Below, one piece after another: positions 9,641 through 19,028 of a stretch of DNA of 64,000 bases. The notes beneath the pieces were generated by a model that saw only the letters and a program-made list of their open reading frames with translations, did not search any database and was not told where the DNA came from. Each line of letters begins with the position of its first letter. The first letter of the stretch is position 1. Where the stretch lies: positions 64,001-128,000 of the IMG/VR virus record IMGVR_UViG_3300032324_000909. One strand, written 5' to 3'. The position numbers were made by a program, and so were the translations under genes. This DNA comes from a virus (taxonomy: Duplodnaviria > Caudoviricetes).

Positions 9641-11302
9641 ATGAGCATTGAAATTAACGGCGATATTTACTGGCTAAATAAAGATTCTAGAAAATTCCTA
9701 CAAAGAGGATACCTTTTAGAAGGCGAGACTCCAGAGCAGAGAATCTCTGATATTTCCAAATCAGCAGAAAAAATTCTCGGTCAAAAAGGATTTGCTAAAA
9801 AATTTGAAAATTACATGCATCGTGGATTTTATTCACTTGCGTCCCCTATTTGGTCAAACTTTGGTCGCAAGCGCGGACTCCCTATATCGTGTTTTGGTTC
9901 TTACGTTCCTGATACAATGGAGGGTATTTTAGAAAAGATTGCCGAAGTAGGAATGATGACAAAAAACGGTGGTGGAACTTCCGCTTATTTTGGCGCTCTT
10001 CGTGGAAGAGGTCTACCAATTTCATCTGGTGGAGAATCTACTGGTTCTGTTCATTTTATGGAAATGTTTGACAAACTGATGAATGTAGTTTCTCAGGGCA
10101 ATGTCCGTCGTGGATCCTTTGCAGCCTATCTTCCAGTTGACCATATTGATATTGAAGAATTTCTAAAGATTCGTTCCGAGGGAAATAGTATTCAAGATCT
10201 TTCTATTGGTGTAACGGTTTCTGACGAATGGATGAAGTCCATGATAGATGGAGACAAGGAAAAGCGTAGAATTTGGGGATTAGTTCTAAAAAAACGTTTT
10301 GAATCTGGATATCCTTATATCTTTTTTACTGACAATGTAAATAATCAGGCACCACAAGTTTACAAGGATAAAAAACTAAATATTAGTCACTCAAATCTTT
10401 GCAGTGAAATTATGTTACCAGATTCCGAAGAAGAGTCGTTTGTTTGCGACCTTTCATCAATGAACCTTGAGCGTTGGGAAGAGTGGAAGGATACTGATGC
10501 AATCGAAACCATGATCTATTTCTTGGATGCTGTTATGTCAGAATTCATCAATAAAACAGAAGGAATCAAGTTCATGGATGCACCTCGTAACTTTGCAATT
10601 AATCATCGCGCACTAGGTCTTGGCGTTCTTGGTTGGCATTCCCTCCTTCAATCTAAGATGGTCGGATTTGAGTCAATGGAAGCAAAGCTTCTTAATTCAA
10701 CTATCTGGAAAACAATTCGCGAGAGAGCGGACAAAGCCAGCTCCGAGCTTGCTGGAATATTTGGTGAACCAGAACTTCTCAAGGGATACGGTCGTAGAAA
10801 CACAACAACTCTTGCGGTTGCCCCAACTACTTCAAGCTCCTTTATTCTTGGTCAAGTATCTCCAAGTATTGAGCCTCTTGAATCTAACTACTTTGTTAAG
10901 GATCTGGCAAAAGGCAAATTTACCTATAAGAATCCTTATCTTAAGAATCTTCTCAAGTCCAAGGATAAGAATGATGAGGAAACTTGGAAGTCCATTCTAA
11001 TTCATGGAGGATCTGTTCAGCATCTCGATTTCCTTACCCAAGAAGAAAAGGATGTATTCAAAACATTTGCCGAAACATCTCAAAGAGAGATTGTCATTCA
11101 GGCCTCTTCTCGCCAGAAGTTCATCGACCAAGGGCAGAGTTTAAATTTAATGATTCCTGCTGGAACTCCACCAAAAGCAGTTAATGAGCTTATTATCTTT
11201 GCATGGGAAAACGGAATTAAAAGCCTTTATTATCAGCGCTCTAGCAATCCCGCAAAAGAATTAGCTCGCTCTATAATGACGTGCAAATCTTGCGAAGCAT
11301 AA
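9641..11302 (+). CDS. nrdA: ribonucleotide reductase alpha subunit, short, no ATP cone
   Basis: PISCF, QGNVRRG, SNLCSE, APTTSSS, SLYY, C-terminal CKSC. Confidence 0.95.
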   Translation: MSIEINGDIYWLNKDSRKFLQRGYLLEGETPEQRISDISKSAEKILGQKGFAKKFENYMHRGFYSLASPIWSNFGRKRGLPISCFGSYVPDTMEGILEKIAEVGMMTKNGGGTSAYFGALRGRGLPISSGGESTGSVHFMEMFDKLMNVVSQGNVRRGSFAAYLPVDHIDIEEFLKIRSEGNSIQDLSIGVTVSDEWMKSMIDGDKEKRRIWGLVLKKRFESGYPYIFFTDNVNNQAPQVYKDKKLNISHSNLCSEIMLPDSEEESFVCDLSSMNLERWEEWKDTDAIETMIYFLDAVMSEFINKTEGIKFMDAPRNFAINHRALGLGVLGWHSLLQSKMVGFESMEAKLLNSTIWKTIRERADKASSELAGIFGEPELLKGYGRRNTTTLAVAPTTSSSFILGQVSPSIEPLESNYFVKDLAKGKFTYKNPYLKNLLKSKDKNDEETWKSILIHGGSVQHLDFLTQEEKDVFKTFAETSQREIVIQASSRQKFIDQGQSLNLMIPAGTPPKAVNELIIFAWENGIKSLYYQRSSNPAKELARSIMTCKSCEA

Positions 11303-11309
11303 CAGTACA

Positions 11310-11684
11310 ATGGAAGAAAACAATAGTGAAATTGAGGATATTTCCGAATTAATAGAAAAAAAACTTCTAGATAACCTGCAATGGTCTATGTTATTATTTG
11401 TTTTTAAACAAATTTGTGAACAAATTAATAGCCAAAACGACTTTGATAGCAAGGTAAAAATACAGAATATTTTCTTTAAAGAATGGAAGAAGTTTGCTAT
11501 AGAAAATATAATTAAACAAGATTTAAACGTAATTAATAACGTACTAAATTCTCCAGTTAATATATTTTATTCCATTTTACAGAATAAGGGAGAAGAAGCG
11601 TCAACAACAGAAGATTACCAAGAAATATATAACAATATTATAAAAAAAATTGAAAAGCATTTTAACGAAAATATTGATAAATAA
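11310..11684 (+). CDS. hypothetical protein
   Basis: Intact 124-aa ORF in operon. Confidence 0.6.
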   Translation: MEENNSEIEDISELIEKKLLDNLQWSMLLFVFKQICEQINSQNDFDSKVKIQNIFFKEWKKFAIENIIKQDLNVINNVLNSPVNIFYSILQNKGEEASTTEDYQEIYNNIIKKIEKHFNENIDK

Positions 11685-11723
11685 ATTTATTTGAATTACA
11701 ATAGGTATTAATCTATAATAAAC

Positions 11724-12767
11724 ATGGTTAAAAAAATTATAGTAACAGGAATAACTGGTCAAGATGGTAGTTATATGGTTGATTATCTACTTGAAAATAC
11801 TGATCACCATATTTTTGGAATGGTTAGAAGAAGTAGCAATTTAAATACTGTTAACATATCACACTTACTTAATAACCCAAGATTAACTATTATTACGGGA
11901 GATTTATCTGACAGTCAATCAATAGATTCCATTATTAAAGAAATTAATCCAGATTATTTTATTAATCTAGCAGCACAAAGCTTTGTTGGTAGTAGTTGGC
12001 AAATTCCAGAACAAACATTCGATGTTGGCGCTGTCGGGATTATTAGGTGTTTAGAGGCAATTCGCAAACACGCACCAAATTGCAGGTTTTATAATGCAGG
12101 CTCTAGCGAAGAACTTGGTAATGTTGATTACTCGCCACAAGATGAAAACCATCCGTTAAAACCTAGAAGTCCGTATGGCGCAGCTAAAGCTGCCGCTAGG
12201 CATATTGTAAAAGTATATCGTGAGAGTTATAATTTATATGCAATTCAGGGGTTATTATATAATCACGAATCAGAACGTCGTGGTGTAGAATTTGTTACTA
12301 GAAAAATCACAAAGGGAGTCGCCAGAATTAAAAATGCTATTAATAACAATATTCCATTTGCCCCGTTAGAATTAGGCAATATTGACGCAAAGCGTGACTG
12401 GAGTCATGCGCTTGATTTTGTAGATGGTATTTGGAAAATGTTAAACCAAGAACAGCCCAAGGAACATCTACTTTCTTCTGGAGAAACACATACAGTAAGA
12501 GAGTTTATTGAATTAGCTTTTGAAAACGCTAAAATCCAAGGAAATTGGAAAGGTGATGGCATAGATGAACAATTTATTGATAAGGATGGGTCTATTTTAA
12601 TTAAAATTAATTCAGAGTTTTATCGTCCAGCGGAAGTTGATTTACTTTGGGGCGATTCATCAACGGCAAGAATTGAACTAGCATGGGTTCCAAAAATTTC
12701 CTTCAAAGAACTTATAAAAAGAATGGTTGAAAGGGATTTAGTTATTGAAAATAGTGTAAATATGTAA
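11724..12767 (+). CDS. gmd: GDP-mannose 4,6-dehydratase
   Basis: TGITGQDGSY, NLAAQSFV, PRSPYGAAK, NHESERRG, RDWSHA, YRPAEVD. Confidence 0.95.
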   Translation: MVKKIIVTGITGQDGSYMVDYLLENTDHHIFGMVRRSSNLNTVNISHLLNNPRLTIITGDLSDSQSIDSIIKEINPDYFINLAAQSFVGSSWQIPEQTFDVGAVGIIRCLEAIRKHAPNCRFYNAGSSEELGNVDYSPQDENHPLKPRSPYGAAKAAARHIVKVYRESYNLYAIQGLLYNHESERRGVEFVTRKITKGVARIKNAINNNIPFAPLELGNIDAKRDWSHALDFVDGIWKMLNQEQPKEHLLSSGETHTVREFIELAFENAKIQGNWKGDGIDEQFIDKDGSILIKINSEFYRPAEVDLLWGDSSTARIELAWVPKISFKELIKRMVERDLVIENSVNM

Positions 12768-12777
12768 CATAATCCTT

Positions 12778-12963
12778 ATGAATGGAGAAGAAAAACTTAG
12801 CACTTGTAAATTCCGCTCACAAGATGAGCAGGAAAGACTTATTACTAGATGTGCCTGTAGAGGGGGAAACTATACAGACAAAGGATTCTTCTGCGAAAAG
12901 AGGGAAATTTTCAAAATCCAAAAAGAAACCTGCGAAGGCTGTTCGGAATACGAGTCTAAATAA
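12778..12963 (+). CDS. small Cys-rich protein (paralog of 798..1013)
   Basis: CKFR...CAC...GFFC..REIF...CEGCSEYE; GTGTAA motif at 12754. Confidence 0.6.
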   Translation: MNGEEKLSTCKFRSQDEQERLITRCACRGGNYTDKGFFCEKREIFKIQKETCEGCSEYESK

Positions 12964-13300
12964 AAGAGATTTTGTTTTAAAGTTTACTAAACCAGACGCG
13001 AGTATAGTCTGGCCAAGAGAGATGAAGATAGTAAATTCTCTCCTAAAGATTTTTCCAAATGATTTATTCTGGAATTCTTTAACATTAAGATTTCAGTTAA
13101 ATAGTCTTTGCTGGTTCCTTTCCGACGAAGGAAGGAAAATGTTAAATACTGAATACAAAAAATTCATTTTTGAACCTGAAAAACCACAGAATTTTGTTCT
13201 GGAAAATAATAATATTGAGTTTCAGGGAAAAATAGGTGAAACTGTACAAGCACCTATGACAGTGCGAGAATTTTTAAATTTATGGCAAAAGAAGAAGTAA
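12782..13300 (+). CDS. hypothetical protein (start uncertain: 12782, 12824 or 12851)
   Basis: Long ORF abutting recA; overlaps the Cys-rich ORF. Confidence 0.55.
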   Translation: MEKKNLALVNSAHKMSRKDLLLDVPVEGETIQTKDSSAKRGKFSKSKKKPAKAVRNTSLNKRDFVLKFTKPDASIVWPREMKIVNSLLKIFPNDLFWNSLTLRFQLNSLCWFLSDEGRKMLNTEYKKFIFEPEKPQNFVLENNNIEFQGKIGETVQAPMTVREFLNLWQKKK

Positions 13301-14382
13301 AATCAAACTCAAGTCAATCCGTATTAGCATCCTTTCTAAAGAGCACGAAGGGCGAACACTATAACTTTGAAGACGAAAAAATTTTTAACGTATCTACAGG
13401 CTCACTCCTCTTGGATTCAGAGATGGGAGGATCGTTAGAAGTTCCAGCAATTTTACGTTTTACTGGCGTAAGTGGTGGTGGAAAAACCAGTTCCGCTCTT
13501 CTTATTATGAAGAATTTCCTAGATACGGTACCAAAGGGTAAGGGTTTTCTAGTTAAAGCAGAAGGAAGGCTTAACTCTAATGTAAAAAATGTATCTGGAG
13601 TTAAGTTTGTAGACAAGGCCGAAGATTGGGTTGATGGAACTTGCTTCGTATTGCGTACTAATATTTATGAAAATGTTGCAAGTATTATCTTGGAATTAAT
13701 TAAGAATAATCCAGACGAATCTAGATATTATTTTTTAATTGATAGCATGGATGCGCTTATCGCTAAAAACGATGCCGCCAAGGGCTTTGAAGATAGTCAA
13801 AAAGTCGCCGCTGGAGCAGTTATTAGTTCGCATTTTCTAAAAATGATCATGTTGCCACTATCAACTTTTGGACATGTTTGCGCGCTAATCTCACAGGTGC
13901 GTTCTAATGTTCAAATTAATCCGTACGCTAAAACAGACCCAAAACTTACAAATAGTTCTGGTGGCAATGCTCTACAGCATTATGCTGATTGGATTTTCGA
14001 GTTCCAACCTAGATATAAAGCAGACCAGATAGTTGAAGATGGAAAAATTATTGGCCATTGGGCAAAAATTCTTCTCCGAAAGACCACAAACGAGAAGGAA
14101 GGAACTGAAATATTGTACCCAATTCGCCATGGTAGAACTGGTGGAAATAGTATTTGGATAGAATATGAAGTATCCGATATGTTAATTCAATGGGGCTTTG
14201 CAAAAAAGGCTGGTGCTTGGATCAATCTTGATTCTAAATTAATAGACGAAGTCTCAAAAGAGACTGGGCAAGCAGTACCAAGTACAATTCAAGGAATGGA
14301 AAAGTTAAGAACTTTCTTGGAAGAAAATAAAGAAATTTGTCTTTACTTATTCAATAAGTTCAAGGGCGCACTAGCAAAATAA
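13282..14382 (+). CDS. recA: RecA/UvsX-like recombinase
   Basis: STGSLLLD, Walker A GVSGGGKTS, LIDSMDAL, SQVR, SGGNALQH. Confidence 0.85.
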   Translation: MAKEEVKSNSSQSVLASFLKSTKGEHYNFEDEKIFNVSTGSLLLDSEMGGSLEVPAILRFTGVSGGGKTSSALLIMKNFLDTVPKGKGFLVKAEGRLNSNVKNVSGVKFVDKAEDWVDGTCFVLRTNIYENVASIILELIKNNPDESRYYFLIDSMDALIAKNDAAKGFEDSQKVAAGAVISSHFLKMIMLPLSTFGHVCALISQVRSNVQINPYAKTDPKLTNSSGGNALQHYADWIFEFQPRYKADQIVEDGKIIGHWAKILLRKTTNEKEGTEILYPIRHGRTGGNSIWIEYEVSDMLIQWGFAKKAGAWINLDSKLIDEVSKETGQAVPSTIQGMEKLRTFLEENKEICLYLFNKFKGALAK

Positions 14383-15326
14383 TGTCCCAAGAAACGGTAT
14401 CTATTCGTTTAGAAGGCGGCATCGGTGATCATCTATTAGCCAATAGGTTCATCGGTGCTATAAAAGAAAAGCACCCTAATGCTCAATTAAATTTCTATTC
14501 AGATACTGAAAATAACGACAAACAGATAAATTTGCTTAAGTATGCTTGGCCAAGTATTTATACAAATAATAATTGCAAAGTAATTGAAAGTAGAAAAAGT
14601 AAAGATTTTAAAGTAAAAAGTCAGTTTGGAGAAGAGGTTTATAACTGCCATCTAGATAATCTACCAGATCAATATATTAAACTATTTAACGACTCAGATT
14701 ACTTCTATAATCTATGTATAGACAACCTTGACTGGCTAAATTATAGTTTTGATTGGAAACGATATTTTTATTTCTTTCCAAGACCAGAGATAAATAATCA
14801 GTTGTCTGATATTAAAGATAGTTATATTCTTACACATCTTTACCCAAGGCCCAACTCTGATCATAATGTTGAACAGTGGTATGTTATAGCACTGCTTAAA
14901 AAGCTATTAGCGTCTGGTAAGCAGGTTGTTTCGGTGTGCCAAACCGAATATATGGATTTTTATAAAGAAATCTCAGATCTTCAATATCCAAACTTTACTT
15001 TGACAGACTGCTCACTAGAAGATTTTTTTGCATTAAGCGAGGCATGTTCCGCCTTTATTGGCGTAGACTCTGGATTGAGATATTTCCCACTACACTATGG
15101 AAAACCTACCTATGTATTTTCAAAATATTGCAAAGAACCCCTTCAGGCATGGCCATCCCATGTGCTTCGATGGCTAGTGTTCGAAAAGTATGTTTTTCCA
15201 ATGCATTATGACATCAATACGGTTTGCAATGTACTGATTAACTCTACTTCCCATCCAGCATGTAGCCTATTCCCAAACCTTGGAGATAAAATAGAAAATA
15301 GCATTATACAAAGATTTTATAAATAA
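14382..15326 (+). CDS. GT9-like glycosyltransferase
   Basis: GGIGDHLL...KEKHPNA; FIGVDSG..Y.....GKPT. Confidence 0.75.
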   Translation: MSQETVSIRLEGGIGDHLLANRFIGAIKEKHPNAQLNFYSDTENNDKQINLLKYAWPSIYTNNNCKVIESRKSKDFKVKSQFGEEVYNCHLDNLPDQYIKLFNDSDYFYNLCIDNLDWLNYSFDWKRYFYFFPRPEINNQLSDIKDSYILTHLYPRPNSDHNVEQWYVIALLKKLLASGKQVVSVCQTEYMDFYKEISDLQYPNFTLTDCSLEDFFALSEACSAFIGVDSGLRYFPLHYGKPTYVFSKYCKEPLQAWPSHVLRWLVFEKYVFPMHYDINTVCNVLINSTSHPACSLFPNLGDKIENSIIQRFYK

Positions 15327-15338
15327 ATTAGAAAAAAT

Positions 15339-16145
15339 ATGATCATAGACTGTTTTACATTTTTTAATGAATTAGATATATTAGAAATAAGGTTAGAAGA
15401 ACTTTACAATACGGTTGATTATTTTGTTTTAGTAGAGGCATCGAAAACACAAAGCCTTTTACCTAAAAAATATTATTTTGAAGAAAATAAGGAAAGATAT
15501 AAAAAATATCTAGATAAAATTATTCATGTAAAAGTAGATGACTGTCCAGACAATTCTTCTGATTTATGGACTATGGAGAATTTTCAAAGAAATGCTATAG
15601 TTAGAGGTATAAATCAAATATCTAATATATCAGATAATGATGTAATATTAATATCAGATTTAGATGAAATTCCAAATCACAAAATTTTAAAGCAAATTGA
15701 TTCCATAGAAGAAGAAGCTTTTTCGTTTGAAATGTTATTTTGTGCATATTATTTGAACCTAATAGCCGCACACAGACAGTGGATTGGAACAGTTGCTTGT
15801 AAATATAAAATTTTTAAAAACCTTATTCCACAGCACCTTAGGAATGTCAAAGACCAATTACCTTGCATACGCAATGCTGGTTGGCACTTTAGCTGGATGG
15901 GTGGTTATGAAAAAATTTATGAAAAATCCCTATCCTGTATAGAACCATTTAATAAGAAAGAATTACCCTCAAAAGAAGAATTTAAAAAGCATTTTGAAAA
16001 CTTTGCGATAAATGATAACAAGTTTTTTATTCATTTGGAAAATTTATCTAAAAAAGAAACAGAATTTAAAAAAATACAGATAAATGAAATATTTCCTATC
16101 TTTGTAATCGAAAATCAAACCAAATTATCTGAATTCATAATATGA
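15339..16145 (+). CDS. GT17-family (beta-1,4-GlcNAc transferase-like) glycosyltransferase
   Basis: DCFTFFNELDILEIRLEEL..VDYFVLVE, ENFQRN, SDLDEIP, GWHFSW. Confidence 0.85.
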   Translation: MIIDCFTFFNELDILEIRLEELYNTVDYFVLVEASKTQSLLPKKYYFEENKERYKKYLDKIIHVKVDDCPDNSSDLWTMENFQRNAIVRGINQISNISDNDVILISDLDEIPNHKILKQIDSIEEEAFSFEMLFCAYYLNLIAAHRQWIGTVACKYKIFKNLIPQHLRNVKDQLPCIRNAGWHFSWMGGYEKIYEKSLSCIEPFNKKELPSKEEFKKHFENFAINDNKFFIHLENLSKKETEFKKIQINEIFPIFVIENQTKLSEFII

Positions 16146-16173
16146 ACCAAGAGATAATAAGCTTAACATTAAT

Positions 16174-17025
16174 ATGAAAATATGGGGAACAAGATTTAGT
16201 CTAATAGGTGATATCGTAATGTCCTTGCCAATTTTAGAACATTTAAAAGATATTTACAGTACATATTATTGTTATTTTAGTATAGCGCAAAAATGCAAGC
16301 AATCTTTACCTATATTTATTAATCAACCCCTCATCAATGAAATAAAAATAAGTGATTTACCAGAAGAACTGGGAGACTTAGATAATGCCATTATATCTAA
16401 ATGTGATATAGTATTAAATGTAAAGCCACAACACCCAAACGAACAAGATTGGTATAACTATAGATCCTGCGTAGAAGAAACCGCATTAATGGCCGGATTT
16501 GACCCCTACAAATTTACAGGCAAGGTTCCAAAATTATTACAATACTGGCCAGACGACCATAAAATAAACACAAGCTCAAAAAATATAGTTATATGGCCAT
16601 TTGCTGGTTATGGCCAAGGCATTGCCAGAAGCCCGTCGCTAGAATGGTGGAAAAAATGTTTAGAAATATTGATAAACGATTTTGGCTATAAAATTATTCA
16701 CGCCGGGGTAGATTCCGAACCAGATATTATAAACCATCAAAACTATAAAAGAATTACTCAAATGTCATTTTTCGATCAGATTAAAGAATCTCTAAAAGCA
16801 GACCTCGCCATAGGTACAGACTCTGGATCCATGTGGGTTATAGGAGCATACTCTAAAATTCCACAAATTAATTTAATTACTAACTGGTTACCAAATCACC
16901 ATACAAACTTATTATCATTAGCGCCAACTGGAGATAAGACAATAAATCTTTTTGCACAAGATGGGTGTGATAATATCTCTATAAATGATTTAATTAATAA
17001 AATAAATGAAAATATTTGCATATAA
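16174..17025 (+). CDS. GT9-like glycosyltransferase
   Basis: LIGDIVMSLP; IGTDSGSMW. Confidence 0.7.
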   Translation: MKIWGTRFSLIGDIVMSLPILEHLKDIYSTYYCYFSIAQKCKQSLPIFINQPLINEIKISDLPEELGDLDNAIISKCDIVLNVKPQHPNEQDWYNYRSCVEETALMAGFDPYKFTGKVPKLLQYWPDDHKINTSSKNIVIWPFAGYGQGIARSPSLEWWKKCLEILINDFGYKIIHAGVDSEPDIINHQNYKRITQMSFFDQIKESLKADLAIGTDSGSMWVIGAYSKIPQINLITNWLPNHHTNLLSLAPTGDKTINLFAQDGCDNISINDLINKINENICI

Positions 17026-18028
17026 TGATAAACTAAACGTACCAACAGAGTTCGGCTCTTTTACGGTCGTTGCCAGAAAATTAAACGAGCAATTTAAAAA
17101 AATTAATGTATTAGGTAATATAGAAGATCCCGAAACCTTTGTTATTTATCCAGAAGTTTTCGATACAGCGCAAAGATGGCAGAGACAAATTCCATTATTA
17201 GCATGTGAATATAGTTTAATGCCACAAATTGTATTACAAAAATTAAATTCATATAATCCAAAAGTACTTGCTATTAGCGATTTTGCTAAAAATAATATAA
17301 TTAACTCTGGATATACTAACGTAGAGACAGTCCTATTGGGAAGCGATCCAATTCTATGGCGACCCATGGATATAAAAAAATTTGACACATTTACATACCT
17401 AACCGTAAACAGTAGCAATGAAAGAAGTGGATTTGAAAAGCTTATTCCAGCATTTATAGAGTTTAGTAAAGATAAAAATGTAAACCTAATAATCAAGGAT
17501 GGTAACAATCCAGAATTTAAAGAATATATAAAGTCACTGAATAATCCCAAAATTATCTATATGGACACGATAATGTCACAAGAAGAACTTTGCGAATTAT
17601 ATAATAAATCACACTTGTTTATTTACGCCAATAATACCACATCATTTGGCATGAATATCTTGGACTCCGTACTGTGTGGCATTCCCGTTATAGCAACATT
17701 CGGATCAGCCGTAAAAGAGTTTTTACCAGAATGGACACAACCATATAAAATTAAAACCGAAATCAAACATTTAAACTCTCAGTCTATTAAAAACTGGACA
17801 GATATTGGAATTAGATGTTTTCCCGAAACATTTCTTAATCTTTTTGCAGGAGACATTTATGGAGAAAGGGTAATACAGGAAGATATTCTTAATGCTCTGG
17901 ATTTTTCTTTTATAAATTATGATATGTATACTATAATATCCAAACAGCATAGAGAGTTTATTTTGGCCAACTATACTTGGGAAATATGCGCTAAAAATAT
18001 TATTCAAAAGCTACAAAATCATGATTAA
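17006..18028 (+). CDS. glycosyltransferase family 4
   Basis: AISDFAK, ERSG, LYN, SFGMNILDS..CGIPVIAT, YTWE. Confidence 0.75.
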   Translation: MKIFAYNDKLNVPTEFGSFTVVARKLNEQFKKINVLGNIEDPETFVIYPEVFDTAQRWQRQIPLLACEYSLMPQIVLQKLNSYNPKVLAISDFAKNNIINSGYTNVETVLLGSDPILWRPMDIKKFDTFTYLTVNSSNERSGFEKLIPAFIEFSKDKNVNLIIKDGNNPEFKEYIKSLNNPKIIYMDTIMSQEELCELYNKSHLFIYANNTTSFGMNILDSVLCGIPVIATFGSAVKEFLPEWTQPYKIKTEIKHLNSQSIKNWTDIGIRCFPETFLNLFAGDIYGERVIQEDILNALDFSFINYDMYTIISKQHREFILANYTWEICAKNIIQKLQNHD

Positions 18029-18365
18029 TTTACAAGTAGACGAGGCATACGCATTTGATTACCTAACTATTTTAGAGGTAAAAAAAGACTTGTTTCCAGA
18101 TAGTCCTAAAATAATAGGATATGAAAACTGTTATAAGTTTTTATCAGATCAACTCCATAATTTTAATGATATAGTTAATTCAAAAGAATACCGCAGTTTA
18201 TACGAATCAAATAAAATTACCTTTGACTTAGTAGATAAAGCTAGAAATAATTTAAACGTAACAGCAAAAGAAGTAGATGATGCAAACATGGATAGATTTT
18301 ATTGTAAACAAGCGCTACAGAAAGCTTTTTTTTCTACGGCTTTAGTTGAATCCAAAATAGTATAA
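18021..18365 (+). CDS. DUF6165-like protein
   Basis: VDEAYAFDYLTILEVK...N...FD......N..R..K pattern, often beside GT clusters. Confidence 0.45.
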   Translation: MINLQVDEAYAFDYLTILEVKKDLFPDSPKIIGYENCYKFLSDQLHNFNDIVNSKEYRSLYESNKITFDLVDKARNNLNVTAKEVDDANMDRFYCKQALQKAFFSTALVESKIV

Positions 18366-18367
18366 AT

Positions 18368-19024
18368 ATGAATATTGAAGAACACTGTTATAACAATTTC
18401 GTTAAAAATGGAGACATTGCCTATGATATTGGGGCACATATTGGTTCAGTGTCTAATCGACTTATTAGTATTGGGGCGAGCAAGGTATTAGCGTTTGAGC
18501 CATGCGAAGCAAATTTTATTGATCTAAAAAACAATACAAAAGGAAACAATGTTGAATGCTATAACATAGCTTTTCACGATAGAGAATATACATGTAAAAC
18601 AAAATTTAGAGACTGCAGACAGGGTGTCCCATTAGACATGGAGCAAGAAATTAAGTATGTTAAATTTGATAATTTTATTCTATCCAATAATTTAGATTTA
18701 CCACAATTTGTTAAAATAGACATAGAAGGTATGGAAAGTCTTATATATAAGAATATGGAGTTTTTGTTTACAAGTAGTCGTCCAGTAATTTTTACAGAGT
18801 TTCATGTACCAGAAATAGGAAATACAGCACAAGATTACGAAGATAATCCCCACTGGAGGAGGCCAGAGCAAGGAGGGTATAACTTTAATAATCTTCGAGA
18901 CAACAATTATTCCTTTATAGACAAAACACTAAAATTAACAACGGATGGAGAATATAATCCCACAGCAGGACACTTTGGAAGAATTTTCATTCCAAACGAA
19001 AAGATATCTATCTATATAAATTAA
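18368..19024 (+). CDS. FkbM-family SAM methyltransferase
   Basis: DIGAHIG, AFEP, FVKIDIEGME. Confidence 0.9.
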   Translation: MNIEEHCYNNFVKNGDIAYDIGAHIGSVSNRLISIGASKVLAFEPCEANFIDLKNNTKGNNVECYNIAFHDREYTCKTKFRDCRQGVPLDMEQEIKYVKFDNFILSNNLDLPQFVKIDIEGMESLIYKNMEFLFTSSRPVIFTEFHVPEIGNTAQDYEDNPHWRRPEQGGYNFNNLRDNNYSFIDKTLKLTTDGEYNPTAGHFGRIFIPNEKISIYIN

Positions 19025-19028
19025 AAAC

